DNA of 63,191 nt, filler included, from Nemertoderma westbladi (taxonomy: Eukaryota; Animalia; Xenacoelomorpha): the NCBI GenBank assembly GCA_032718475.1. It is 3 parts of 3 records of this genome, joined end to end, with 100 filler letters (N's around TTAATTAATTAA, not from the genome) between each part and the next. Parts side by side here need not be neighbours in the genome. Positions count along the whole stretch, not along the records: positions 29,548 to 55,611 come from JAUCBJ010005905.1; 2 more parts are not named here. One strand, 5' to 3'. A program made the position numbers and the translations under genes. This document shows, piece by piece, positions 39,793 to 52,465 of this stretch (the first letter of the stretch is position 1; every line of letters starts with the position of its first letter). The notes below the pieces were generated by a model that saw nothing but the letters and a program-made list of their open reading frames with translations, searched no databases and was not told where the DNA came from.

Positions 39793-41251
39793 CTGCTGTG
39801 CCACGATCAGACCTAATAATGTGCGGGACACCGCCTAGCTCTTTAAGGGCATCAATAACATATTCACCGATTATAAACGGATCATTATTCGTGCGATGGC
39901 ATTTAAGCCAGAGTAGTTTACGGCTATAGCCGTCGATTCCCCCATGAACAGCCAAACCGTAGGGCTTTAGCTTGTCCCACCCATCTATGTGTAGTAAGTA
40001 TAATTTGGACCCTTTGAAATGTAAGTACGTCTGACCACTTTCCTACTAATCCTTCTCCTAACTGCGTTCGGTTCTAATAAACGAAGGAGTACCAACTAAC
40101 TTTTTCGGTACATATAATTTATGATTTAACAATAATAACTTCTGCATTTGCCTATAACCAAGGCCACTCGTGTTCATATCTTTACTTATTTCATCTATCA
40201 TAGTAGATATAGATATAACAGTGGCAGTGGGGAACTGGAGAGGATTAAATCGCTTTATTAAGCCTAGTTTATTTAAATTTCTTCTAACAGTCCTAGATGC
40301 TAGAAGAAGTCACTGGGAATCCGTCATTACTAGAAAGGAGAGTACATATTTCTTTATGCTGGTAACCCTTCCAAAAGTAATCCTCTAGTAACTTTACATA
40401 CTGATCTGACCCTTCTGTAAGACTGGACGACATGGTAAATATACTGATCAACAAGTAGCATGCCGTAGGAGTCATAATCTAACAACAGTACCGGGTAAGA
40501 TAGTACATGACTCCACTCCAACTAACTACACTGACTAAAGCAGTAGTCCAATATCTGACTTAGCCTCCAGTCAGACTGTATAATTTAGTTTATCTAGTTT
40601 TTCAACCAATCAGAAATACAATTAATTTAGTTTATTTATTTTTTAAACCAATCAGAAATAGAGTTAATTTAGTTAATTTATTTTTTTAACCAATCAGAAA
40701 TATCTTAATTTAGTTTATTTATTTTTTCAACCAATCAGAAATATACTTAATTTAGTTTATTTATTTTTTCAACCAATCAGAAATACAGTTAATTTAGTTT
40801 ATTTATTTTTTAAACCAATCAGATATAGAGTTAATTTAGTTTATTTATTTTTTTAACCAATCAGAAATATCTTAATTTAGTTTATTTATTTTTTCAACCA
40901 ATCAGAAATATACTTAATTTAGTTTATTTATTTTTTCAACCAATCAGAAATACAGTTAATTTAGTTTATTTATTTTTTAAACCAATCAGAAATAACTTAA
41001 TTTAGTTTATTTATTTTTTCTACCAATCAGAAATACAGTTAATTTTAGTTTATTTATTTTTTTAACCAATCAGAAATAACTTAATTTAGTTTATTTATTT
41101 TTTCAACCAATCAGAAATCAATATTCGCATAATTTAGTTTAATTTGTTTCTGTTTTCTTAATCCCCTAAATAATATAATTAAGTTTATTTTTTTTTCTTA
41201 ATCCTCTTCGAAAAAAAATTAAATTAAATGTGGCCTAAATCAGCCACCGTA
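39793..41251 (-). mobile_element. Decayed IS3EU-like DDE (integrase-core) transposon, 5' half
   Basis: Fragments EDYFWKGYQHKEICTLL ... HIDGWDKLKPYGLAVHGGIDGYSRKLLWL...NNDP...GGVPHIIRSDRGT. Terminus TACGGTGGC at 41251 with subterminal tandem repeats. Confidence 0.7.
40580..41120. repeat. ~39-41-bp tandem repeat (TTAATTTAGTTTATTTATTTTTTCAACCAATCAGAAATA..), ~13 copies
   Basis: Read directly; each unit contains AACCAATCAG. Confidence 0.92.
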
Positions 41252-42390
41252 GTCTTTAGCTGGTTAATTATATTAGATAAAGATACAATAGTAAACGTTT
41301 TCGAGCTACCGGTCTGCATCAGAATATGTACTGGCAACTAACAGGAAAAGGTGGGGGTCTATATATATATATATATAAGTATTAAAGGGGAATACCTGAT
41401 AGGTGAATCCCAGAAAGGTTAACGTGTATGTATGTACTGTATAACATAAGGTAATTGTGATAGGGAAAATACACCGAGTTAGTTGTAAGCTGTCAATCTA
41501 AAGTACAAATATAGGGTTGCAGGTTGGGTTATAAGGTTGGGAGAAGTTGATAGGGAAATCCCACGAGTGGTCATGTGTCTACATACTGAATGGTATAATT
41601 GGATTAGGTAGGTTACATAGGATTATGAGGTATCGTAGGTTACATAGGATTATGACAACTATGAGGTATTATGAGGTGAGGATATTATAAGGAAAAGGTA
41701 AAGGCAACAAACCAATGTACATACAGTACTGCAGTATGGCACGTATGGCTGTATGGTATTCAACATGTCCTAGAAAATGTATTTTAACGGAAAACAGTAC
41801 AAAACAAACAAAGATAAATAAAATGACCTTCCAGCCTTCAATAGATTGGAAACACTATTTACAACATAATTATGGTTTATGGATTTCAGGATTTAGGACA
41901 AACAAACATAAGCCTAGTGGATACCTACGAGTTGAAGGGTGTAAGTGTTGCAACCATAAAATTATTGTAATTATGATAAGACAGTTCAGGACCAGAACCA
42001 GTATAATGCCATATCATTAGTGCATTAGTGAACTTATTAATCAAAATATTATTATTTAACAATTTTAGATACCGGTAGTCCTGCAGGAGCAGGTCAGTGC
42101 AGGTGTCTCAAATTTCAAACCAATGACTAGTTTGCTTCAAGTTCAAACCAACAATCTGGTGGCTGGTGTAATGGGACTACCCGACTAGCCACCGACTACT
42201 TGATTAACTATTTTAATTAATCGCGTCAATTTATTAATTTGTAATGAATTGTTTGATAATAATCTGCAGTATGGTGTGTGCTGTGTACTCTAAATAAGTG
42301 GGAAATAACTAGTTTATTTCCCATGCAGCTATGGGCAGAAAGTGATATTTTTTTACATAGCCCAGCATTCAGGCATTGCGTAGTTATTTT

Positions 42391-43795
42391 TGTAAGCGGA
42401 TTCAATTCCCTACATTACCCACCGAAGATGGGACCAGTGGCATTTTACCAATATAGTTGGCGATGTGAGATTACCAATAATAATCTCACCTCATAACCAA
42501 CTGGGGGGGGGGGGGGGGGGCTATACACCCCTTAAGCCACAGAGAGAGGTGAGAGGTCAAACCACCTCAGAGGGAGAAACCAGCTAGTGAAGCTAGCAGC
42601 AGGGGGTAACACCAACAGGGAGTGGCGAAGTGACAATTAATAGTTAAGCCAATAGCGGGCAAGTGAACACGTTGGGGAGGATAAGAGCGCATCCATTGGT
42701 TACCAGAGGCCCCACAGTAGTGTAGGGCTAAAACCAATATGTGTCAATTATATAATCTTTGTAACTACTGATTATCAGTCAGTTGATTACCTTACGGTTG
42801 TGAGACCGGCATAGTTTTTGACCGTCGTTGTCGTCGTTACTGTTACTGTCTGTAATGCTGTATTGCACATTACTGATTTATTAACTGTGCTATTATCATT
42901 GCTGTGATTACCAGTATCCGTGAATACTAATATTCTAACTCCGTTGTTTTTCATCGGCCTTTTGGCCAAACATATATCCAGCCTATAGCCCAGCAGCCCA
43001 GCGACGCGACGACGCGTACAACCTACACAGGTCGGTATCTACTGTACTACTGTCAACTCCGGTAGATACCGTCACATGGGTAGTCTTTTTCTCCACGGCT
43101 CGAGCCACTTTACTAGGAGGGCTATAACTCATCGGGGAAGGGTGCAATACAATTGCATCAGAAGGGTTTGGGTTGCGGTCGGTGTATCCGCCGGTCGAGG
43201 TACCTGGTTGACCAATATCCATAGGAGGTCCACTTCTTTCCTATGGTGGAACTACGATATTGACACGTTTATCGGAGGGCTGAAGGGGTCGAGGGCGTAC
43301 AACCTTTAAGACCCTTCGCAGGACAGCAGCTTGCACTGGTCCTGCTTTAGTCGTTTGCACGACTGCCGTGGGTAAGCCTTGAGTAGTGAGGAATTTTTGG
43401 GGTTTAACAGTTCTTTCTAATTCCCGTTCCCTCGCCTTATACTCATAGGGTCGTCGGTGGACTTCTTGCAGTTCAGAGTGCGCATTTATAAATGTCTAAC
43501 CGTATTCCAGGTCTCGGCTAATGAAACCAATCAAGTTGTACGAGTCAATATTATTTGGGTTAATATTTCTCAAACATTTTCTGACATATTTGGTGGAAAT
43601 ACACTCACCTACGCTTTTGAGTAATTTGTAACTGGGAATACGAGTTTTCTGTTCGATTTGGGGAAAAAGATAAGGGTGAAATGCGTACACTCCCTCAGAG
43701 GGATGCTTCCTGGATAATAACGATGGCGCGACTCGCAGTGAAGATCTGCGCTAGCTTCCCAAGCTATTAGCTATTCCCTTTGAGAATTACTTACA
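42391..43795 (+). mobile_element. Putative solo LTR / LTR-like repeat
   Basis: Termini TGTAAG...CTTACA, CCAAT and TATA-like motifs at ~42648 and ~42749, and a second copy at 1-500. No TSD was found. Confidence 0.4.
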
Positions 43796-44339
43796 GTGTA
43801 TTATGTAGAATGAATTTAATTTAGGAAAATATACATTTTTGAAGTCTATCTGTCAACCAATCTTTCGTTTCAATCGATCAATATATTATTCCACCAACAC
43901 ATCAATCAATACATCATATTGCGCCTCTGCATTCTCACGGGCTGGGCACCGTTTTTTGTTTCGGTTGCGCAAATTCCATACAGTAAAATGCCAACACGAA
44001 AACAAAAAGCTGCATTAGCAATAAATTTTAAAGCCAGTTATGGCAAAGTCTTATGTTAACAAATCCAACAGCACAATATGCCGCCTGGCTTATGGGGATA
44101 CAGAAAAGGTTGTATAGTTTGTTATGATGTGTTTATCCTTGGGAGGTTGTGTTGCGCAACCATTCTTTTCCGGTATTAACATCCAAGAGAGAAAGGAGCA
44201 TCCGTTGTTTCTTGTTTCCTTCCTTCACTTTACTTTACGTCATTTGGGTAAATAGCAATTACTGCACACAATGTGCAGGTGTATGTTAAGTAATAAATTT
44301 CGGCAGTGTATCGACTGTACTGTATTTCAGAGTTTAGGA

Positions 44340-44772
44340 ACGGATACCGCAGAAATATACCACCGACAACAGTCCTATGTACTACACAGTACCACCGACA
44401 AAAACTAATAATAATAGCAACACACCAACATATGAAAAATACTAACGATTATTACCATTACAATATGCAATATAATAATTTAAAACAGATAATATATGAA
44501 GGCTGTATTATATTTAAAAAAAATTATCATGACTAATTACACCACCGACAACAGGCCGACAGTGGACAATATAATTTGTTATAAATATTTGGACTTGGAA
44601 TTAAAATTGTATAATCATGTACTGAAATAGTTTACTAACATTGCCGAAGTTGTCGGTATACTGTCGGTTTGCGATTTTACCTGTCGGTTTGTGTCTTTTT
44701 TTGTCGGTGGTTATCAGTGGTATGCGAAAGGTGTCGGTGGTTGTCGGTGGTGGCGTATTTAGGCAAACCCGC
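44340..44772. mobile_element. MITE-like element with CACCGACAA inverted subterminal repeats
   Basis: CACCGACAA occurs three times on the left and T(T/G)TCGGTGG/TGTCGGT repeats occur on the right. Confidence 0.55.
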
Positions 44773-47700
44773 AAACCCCTTTCCTGCATATTAAAAGCCT
44801 TTAGTAATCATCATGCCACATCAGTACATAGTCGCTAGATCCCACGTTGAAAGGACAGCGAACTTAGATCTTAGGTGAACTTACAGTAGATACCAATTTA
44901 TATAGGGCCTAAAGAATCACAACGTAATACAGTAGCAATAAACTCCTAAACGTCTTGAGTGTTCTCAGTCTATCGATGAGAGCCATATTGTACTGTAAGT
45001 GTAAGATTATTTACGTTAGGCCTACATTTGTTACAATAACTGCAAGCAATTTCATAAAAATGTTTGAAGTAGTTCCTCGCCCTGAGCACCGTCGTATGCA
45101 TAATAAAGGAAGGATAAAGTGATCTTTAGGTGCCGCTGTAATACTGTAGGTGCCGCACCTAACGATCACTTTATCCTTTCTCTATTAATTTTTTAAAAAG
45201 GATATGAATTTCACTTATATCACTAAAGAGTGAACATTTCAATATTAAATATAATAATTTTAAGGGTTGGAAACGCCGACAAGTTGACATAATGTAACAA
45301 AATTACTCACCCAATACATCATTCAGCCATTGTGTGAAAAGGGCACTGTTCTGTTAACAGCGTTTATGTAAACCATTTATGTAAACCTCACTAGCTCCGC
45401 TCGCTCGGTACATAGATACACTCGGGTCATAACTCTGAGAAGTGCTAGTTTTCACACAATTATGTAAATAGTTTTGTATTTCAAGAATATTAGGTAAATA
45501 AATGGTTGGGCGCATTCTTCGCCCGCGTCCAATCTTTGCCCGCGTCCAATCATCGCCCGATCGGGGGACATGAGCAGATTACAGAGACGGCAGGTTACAG
45601 AGACGGCTTTCTCTAACCAAAACATTAAACGATGGGTACTAGTGTGTTATAAATGTGTACTATAAATTTTCATTTGTAACTAGTGATTTTTATTAAATAT
45701 GTGATACAAAGATAACATAGAATAAAAAATTAACAAAATGAACAAATTAGTTTTTTTTTTGTTTTTTTTGCAGAATTTTTAAATTAAATGAAGAGATAAT
45801 ATGCTCTAGAACATTTTTTTTAAATAAAGGAAACAAAAACTAACTAGTTTAAAAAATTTATACAAAGATAACATACAATAGAAAGATAAACAAATTAGCT
45901 AGTTTTTATTTTATTTTTTGTTCTAGAACAGAAAATAGTTGTAGAATATAGTAGAAATAGTAGTAGAACAGAACAGCTATTTTTCAACGAAATTCAAATT
46001 CTGTTACATATTTGGAATCCTTACGTGACCAGCTTTCCATTGGTACCAACAAACAGCTATAAGGTAGAAGAATAACTGCGGTGTAACTGGCGTAATATCG
46101 CTGGAGACACTTTTTTTAAACGCTTGTAGCTAAAGATTGACCAGTCAGTGGTCAGGGGGTGAAAATATCCCTGTTTCAAATTTCATGCAATCTCATTACG
46201 ATTTGTAAAAATATTAGGGGGGGGGGGGGGGGGGGCGTGTCACTGAATAACGACACTATATTCTGGGACAAGGTGTAATAAGGTAGTAAGTATTATTATA
46301 TTTTAATTATAGTGCGTCATCGTTTCTATGTTCTTGTTCTTGTTTTAGTGTTAATAATTAATATGTTTATGAAATGAAATGATATTCTTATTATTATACT
46401 AAAATATACTATATTGAATACACTATATTGCACTATATTAATATACACTATATTGAATATACTATATTATTATACTATATTGAAATCTATTCTATTTATA
46501 ATATTTTTTCATAATATTGTATTTTTTATACAATATAAAAAATATGTAAAATGATTGAGTTTAGCTTGAGTGAATTAAGTTTAGCGTGGTTGGTTATATT
46601 CCGTAGAAGGAAGGGGCCTGTTATAATTTACACTGAAATGCAATGGAAGCACCTCTGAGCAGAGATACATACTAAGTAAGGGCTTTCAGAATGTGAAAGT
46701 AACGGTAATTAAACAGCCACTACCTACCACATTCCACAATTAGGGTGCTGTGTATTTCGGCGCTATGTATTGTATAGGACATAGAGTGCTGTGGTAAAAA
46801 AAAAAAGGCCCCGCAATAAACCACTCTTGTGCTACTGTCAATCAACCCACAGGGGGCCTAAATCGCGGCAGGTTCAAAGTTAATTCAACCTGGGAGTTGA
46901 ATGAAAACGTTAACCCAAGAATATCCAAGCGCCCGAAAGTCTGGTTTCAAGGGTAGTTTTGTTTTCCAAGTGTGTCCAGGTCTACATTGTGTGCAATGGT
47001 AAAGACATGGACCAAAGTTATTCGACATGGTCCCAGGGGAATTGATAATTAAAATGGTACTGTATTGTTTCTTTAATTGAGTGTGTAATTTCCATGAAGG
47101 CATTCTTTCATTAATTAAGTATCTGGCGTCGCCAGAGATATCCGATCACCTTTGACGATGTTCTAGAACTTTTTTCAAAGGTCTAGAACACTCAATATAT
47201 GTCCCAGAACCTTTATAAAAAAAACTGACAATAAAGCTTTAAAATTTGTTGAAAGAAAATAATGAAATTGTTTGCACGGTCGGAACTGTTCCCATGAATG
47301 CCATGCTATTATGCCAGTCAAGTCAGCCTGCTCTTTACATACAGCGCTCTTGTATGCCGCCTTTCCAGCGGCAACAACTAAGCAGCATGAAGATACGAAT
47401 ATTTCTTGATGTACAAAGAGTGCAATATTGATGAGACACTTTTTGTAAACGCTTGCAAAGTAATTGATTTAAGCAAACGTCTTTATGCAAGCCTACAAAA
47501 AGATAAAAATTAATTATGACCTATATAATAATCACTAAAAACGTGTATATCATGTTCACAATTATTAATATGGCGGTAATTAATAAGTAGGCTTCAACTG
47601 GTATTTTTATTTTGCCTATAGCTACCTAGTTTCCAGACCTGGTATAAATAACATTCTAGATGTCCATGCGTAGGCCTACTGTATATACTGTATAACACAA

Positions 47701-47781
47701 TTTGCGTAAAAATTAAATAACACTTTTAGTACGGAAATTATGATATATACTGTAGTAATTATTACGTGATTTAGGGGAGAC

Positions 47782-48434
47782 AACGATCTATAACGGGCTA
47801 TAACTTCCTATAACGAGCTATAACCACATATAACGATCTATCGGAAAAAAGTTTAACTAAAACTAAAAAACTAAAAAAAAATGTTCTACGTTATTTTTCC
47901 CATGTAAGACGTAATTTTATTCTTAAATTTGTACTTTTTTGTTGCTAAATTATTTAATAAAACTGCGATATACTACAGTTGTGTTACAAAATAAATTGAA
48001 CTGCAGTATTTACTATTGCTTCCATAGTTACTGCTATTCAAATTATTGTACTCTTCAACTCTCGATGTTGCCTTACTCAATGTTAAAATAATTTAATGTT
48101 CTCGATTATTTATTACGTAACTAGAGAACCGCTTAACTACATAAACCAATATGGGATATTGAGTTCCGTTTTGGTGTTCGCCGCGCAGACACTAAAGTTG
48201 CAATAACTTTTGAGTATGTTAATGGATTGTGCTCAAATTACTTTCAAACCTTTTCTACGTCGATGCTCTTTCACCACACCTCGTACGTGTTATAAGTCCT
48301 CGGCTTCGTCTCGGACGTCTGGACGTTATAACACTCCTTGGACGAAATAATAGTTACTTGTACAAAATATCCGTACAAAATAACAGATAGTCAGACAGTT
48401 CAATAAAGATAGTTATAGCCCGTTATAGATCGTT
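47782..48434. mobile_element. Inverted-repeat element just upstream of GAPVD1
   Basis: Perfect 24-bp inverted repeat AACGATCTATAACGGGCTATAACT at 47782-47805 and 48411-48434. Confidence 0.7.
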
Positions 48435-48837
48435 ATACCATTTAGTACGTACTGACGTACCTGCCATAAGCCGAAACAGTCTGCCAGTACAGCAGTACCA
48501 GTAGGCCTACTGCAGTACTGGAGTAGGCCTACTGCACTACACAGCTACAGCAACAGCACTAGGCCTACTTCAGTTTCAGTACTGACTGCAGGACTGATCA
48601 ACGCCTACAGAAGTACAGCCCAGCAACAGCAGCCCAACCGGTCCATTAGGCTAGGCCTACTCAATTGCAATTACCGTGTACCGGCAGACCGGACCTTCCT
48701 ACTGCAGGACTGTCCTCCTAGGCCATAGTGCATAGGCCTGTAGGCTGCTAGGTCTGTAGGTAGGCTGGTAGGCCTGCTGTCAGTCAGTACTGTTCTGCTG
48801 TTCAGTTCAGTTGTTAGACTATTTTAATGTGAAGCCA

Positions 48838-49095
48838 ATGGATAACTTTGTTGAATCGCTGGAAGTTTTATCACGACATCTGAAACGGGAACATTTGTTC
48901 GTCTCGTCGGAACGCCAACATATCGTCTCGTTGAGAGACTCCGTATCCAAGTTAGCCTTTCGGGTTTTCCAAGCTACGTGGAGAACAAGTTGCCAACGGA
49001 ATCATCTCAACAATGTTCTCAATAACCCCAACGATACAACCGACCCCCGGCATTATTATATTATAAATAATGTCGTATTTAAAGAGGCCTATAAG
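48838..49095 (+). CDS. GAPVD1: GAPVD1 (GAPex-5/RME-6) exon 1
   Basis: MDNFVESLEVLSRHLKREHLFVSSERQ...W...QRNHL...EAYK matches the recalled GAPVD1 N-terminus (LAHHLKQERLYVNSEKQ...DGYK). Donor AAG|GT, phase 0. Confidence 0.82.
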
Positions 49096-49135
49096 GTTGG
49101 ATTCTCTATCAGTCTATCTATTCCTATCACCTGTA

Positions 49136-50798
49136 GGGGAAAGTGGGGGAATTAGAAACACTTTTTGGATTTTAAAAAATTAAAAGTGCCCTCATTTCTA
49201 CACAAACATTCATAGAGGAAATATAACTATAGATTTGGAATCATGCATCTCTCTGCTAACAATAGAACATCCTATCTCGTCTGCCTATCACTATCTGGTA
49301 GTGACAGGCAGACGAGATTTTTTTTAAGTCGAGATTGTTTCCATTTACCCCACAATGGGGTAAATGGAAACAGGGTTTGCCTCCCAATAGTTAAATCAAC
49401 CAGAAATTCACATGGGGTAATTGGAATATTTCTAATTACCACATGGGAATGTAGATTAAATTGCGCACAATTTGATATATAACATGTCTATGTCATATGT
49501 TGCCACATATGTTTAATATTTAAAGTGTTTCACAAACCTTCAACAATTAACAGAGATATGCATGTTTGTGAATAAAAGACATCCAGCAACAATATGGATA
49601 TATGAAAACTAATTATTGCTCTTTATATAACTAAATTAAACTTAATTTATTTAAATTAAAATGAATTAGCTTAACTTAAATTAAAATTAGAATTTCTTGT
49701 TGGTTCAGCACAGCCCCATTCCCGCTTTTCCTATTACCACCAGATATTGGGCCAATGTTTCCTCATTGCTTTTCCGAGAAAACATCTATGCACCTGACCT
49801 ATATAATTAGCGATCACTATATTTAAGTTTCTTGTTCCCAGAGGGTACCCCCAGGAATTCCAAAGTCTTCCGAATAGTGGCATGACCACTGGAAATGGTG
49901 CTTTAAGGCAGCAGATAGAGATTCCATAGAGTATGACGCCCAGGCAACGCAGGCAGCCATGAAGTTTTGCGTAAAATTGAGGGAAAAGAGCAGGTTACAG
50001 AGGCTGGCTTTTCTAACCCAAACAATAAACGGCCACTTTCCCAAATGAGGGAAAGGAGCAGATTACAGAGGCATGCTTTTCTAACCAAAACAATAAACGG
50101 TCACTTTACCAATTGACAGATTGAGGGAAAGCAGCAGGTTACCTAGGTGGGCTATTCTAACCAAAACAATAAACGATTACTTTACCAATTGAGGGAAACC
50201 ATATGGTCAGACTTCTAGTCAGCTAGTAGTCATTAGTCACATGGTCAGACTGTCAGTAGTCACTCTATAACCAAAAAAATCAGGCACTCAAGCAATAGGC
50301 AGATAGGTACCGGTGCGCAGCTGTATGACAATTAGAAACTGTTGAAAAGGACGGTCCCCAAAGTAACAGGACCAGCTAAAAAAATTAATGTTTCCAATTA
50401 CCCCATGGCACTAAAATTTGACCATTTTTAAATTATGTTGAACAAACAAATTTTTAATTATGCTATCATTAAATTAGGTTGTCTACTGAATAGATGACAT
50501 AATAAGCTTTAAATTAAGCTATTGCTTAAGATAATTGGAATAAGACATCGCTCACAATCCATTTGTGAAGTTGCAAAAAAATAATCGAAAATTTGATTTT
50601 TTTTTCATCTTTTATACAATCAGCCATTTGACAATGAAGAAGTGAAAATAAACGCCATATTCCTATTGGAAAAATAATCACCAATAATTTATCTCAATAA
50701 ACATCAAAATTTCAAGTCTATACATACAAAAGCATGCATGTAGTAGCCATTGCTTCTAATTACACCAACCCCATGTTTCTAATTCCCCCACCTTCCCC
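49136..50798. mobile_element. TA-flanked MITE (Tc1/mariner-pogo type) in GAPVD1 intron 1
   Basis: 25-bp TIR GGGGAA(A/G)GTGGGGGAATTAGAAACA with one mismatch, TA on both sides, and a nested ~70-bp repeat array at 49970-50200. Confidence 0.8.
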
Positions 50799-51581
50799 TA
50801 TTCAGCTAGTCTGTTTCTGTGTTTCTTTGTCCTACAATCAATCAGTGATGCATGAATCAGATAATCCTTCAGTCAGTCGTCAGACACCGTACCGTACAGC
50901 CGTACCGGTACCGGTACTCGTTTAGTGACAGAGACCTGAGAGAGCTGAGACTGAGAAGTCTGAGAAGCCAGACTGAAATTGAAATTTGGTTTGAATTGAA
51001 ATTATTGTCTAATTGATTACAAATATTTTACCAGCTGACCAGGCTGCCAGGGTTAGGGTAGTACTTAAGTTTGTTCATTCATTACGGTACTTCTTACTTC
51101 AGTAGGCCTACTTAATTCGTGGCTTCCAGGCTTCGTCTGTTCGGCTTCGTCAGCTCACGTCTACCTGTTACCTATCTACACGTGCGTAATTTAATTAAGT
51201 CTTATTATTGTCATTTTCACGTTTCGCTGACCTTGGACTTCTAACAGTCTTGTCTAAGTTGTAATCTACTTTATCTGTCTATTATCATTACTTACTACGT
51301 TACTAGGCTTACTCTTAAACCTCTTCATTATTTCTGGAAATAAATGCCACAAAAGGTGTAGGGATGTGATGATCGAAGTCGAACCATCAATCAAATCAAT
51401 CCCACGTCCCATCCCATATAGGCCTACCGTTGACCGGTAATGATAAAGTATTTTTCATTTGTGTCCACTTCCCCCCGCACGCCCCCAGTATTGTTGTCAG
51501 TGTACCTCAAATCGTTTGTTTGTAACATTTTCTAGCGTATATAACCCGTGTCTCTATTAGTATATATTTACTAATTTACAG

Positions 51582-52334
51582 GTACTTGGCTGCAATGACG
51601 CGGTTTACGGTAACCTACTCACGGATTTACGACTCAACCCTAAACTAGTCTCCATGTGTCTCGTCACATGGAAACGAACCTCCAAGGACTTCTCGCTACT
51701 CAATTTGCTGTTCTCCTCGCTGTACGGCAGTTGTCTCCTGTCTGACGACGAATCTCTAGTGATCGACCTCCTCAGACACCTCATAGAAGACGAACTAGTT
51801 CCTTCCGACAATATATCCACAATTATACGACGACACAACTCCATGTTCGCCCATCTATTTAAACTTTTTACCGAGTCTCATTTCCCGACTAGGTTGTTCG
51901 TCACCGCCGCACTGAATGACCCGGTACTGGAGGTTCTGAAACAAAGCCACCTGATACTGGAGACCGACGCAAACCGACTGTGCGAGACGCTGACGGACGC
52001 CGAACGCAGCCGCCGTTTCGGGGACCCGTCCGACGCAGTCGTCTTTGCGAGTCGCCTCTCCCGCTACTGCGAGGAGATGCGCTCGCAACTCGTCGAGTTC
52101 TGCGTTCAGTTCATCTCGAGTTTGGAGTCGAGTTGGCACGCGTTCCCTCCCGCGCTACGGGCCGTCGTCGGTTGCCTCAACGAGGCGCTGCAGCGGAAGT
52201 TGGGGGCCTCCAGCACCGAGTCTCTCGCCTTCGTTATGTCGAGTTTAATCTGCCCCGCGATTATAAACCCCGAGCCCTACGGGGTCGTTATGGATATTTA
52301 TATTACGGAGCGTTCCAGATTCAATCTCGTCCAG
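51582..52334 (+). CDS. GAPVD1: GAPVD1 exon 2 (RasGAP-like domain); gene continues beyond the contig end
   Basis: TTTACAG acceptor, then YGNLLTDLRLNPKL, SLYGSC, LFKLFTE, LETD, ICPAIINPEPYG, RFNLVQ|GTGAG. 753 bp, phase 0/0. Confidence 0.92.
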
Positions 52335-52465
52335 GTGAGAGCTGTTCGTATCTCTATTTCTCTACCCGTTTAAGAGTTAACAATTTGGTCTTGAGTAAGT
52401 AAAGTAGTACTTTATATTTGCAGTACCTATATTCTAGAATACTGTATTACGGTATTCTAGAATAC

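Noticed and set aside
51605-52402. Overlapping alternative-frame and antisense ORFs
   Set aside because: Shadows of the GC-rich GAPVD1 exon.
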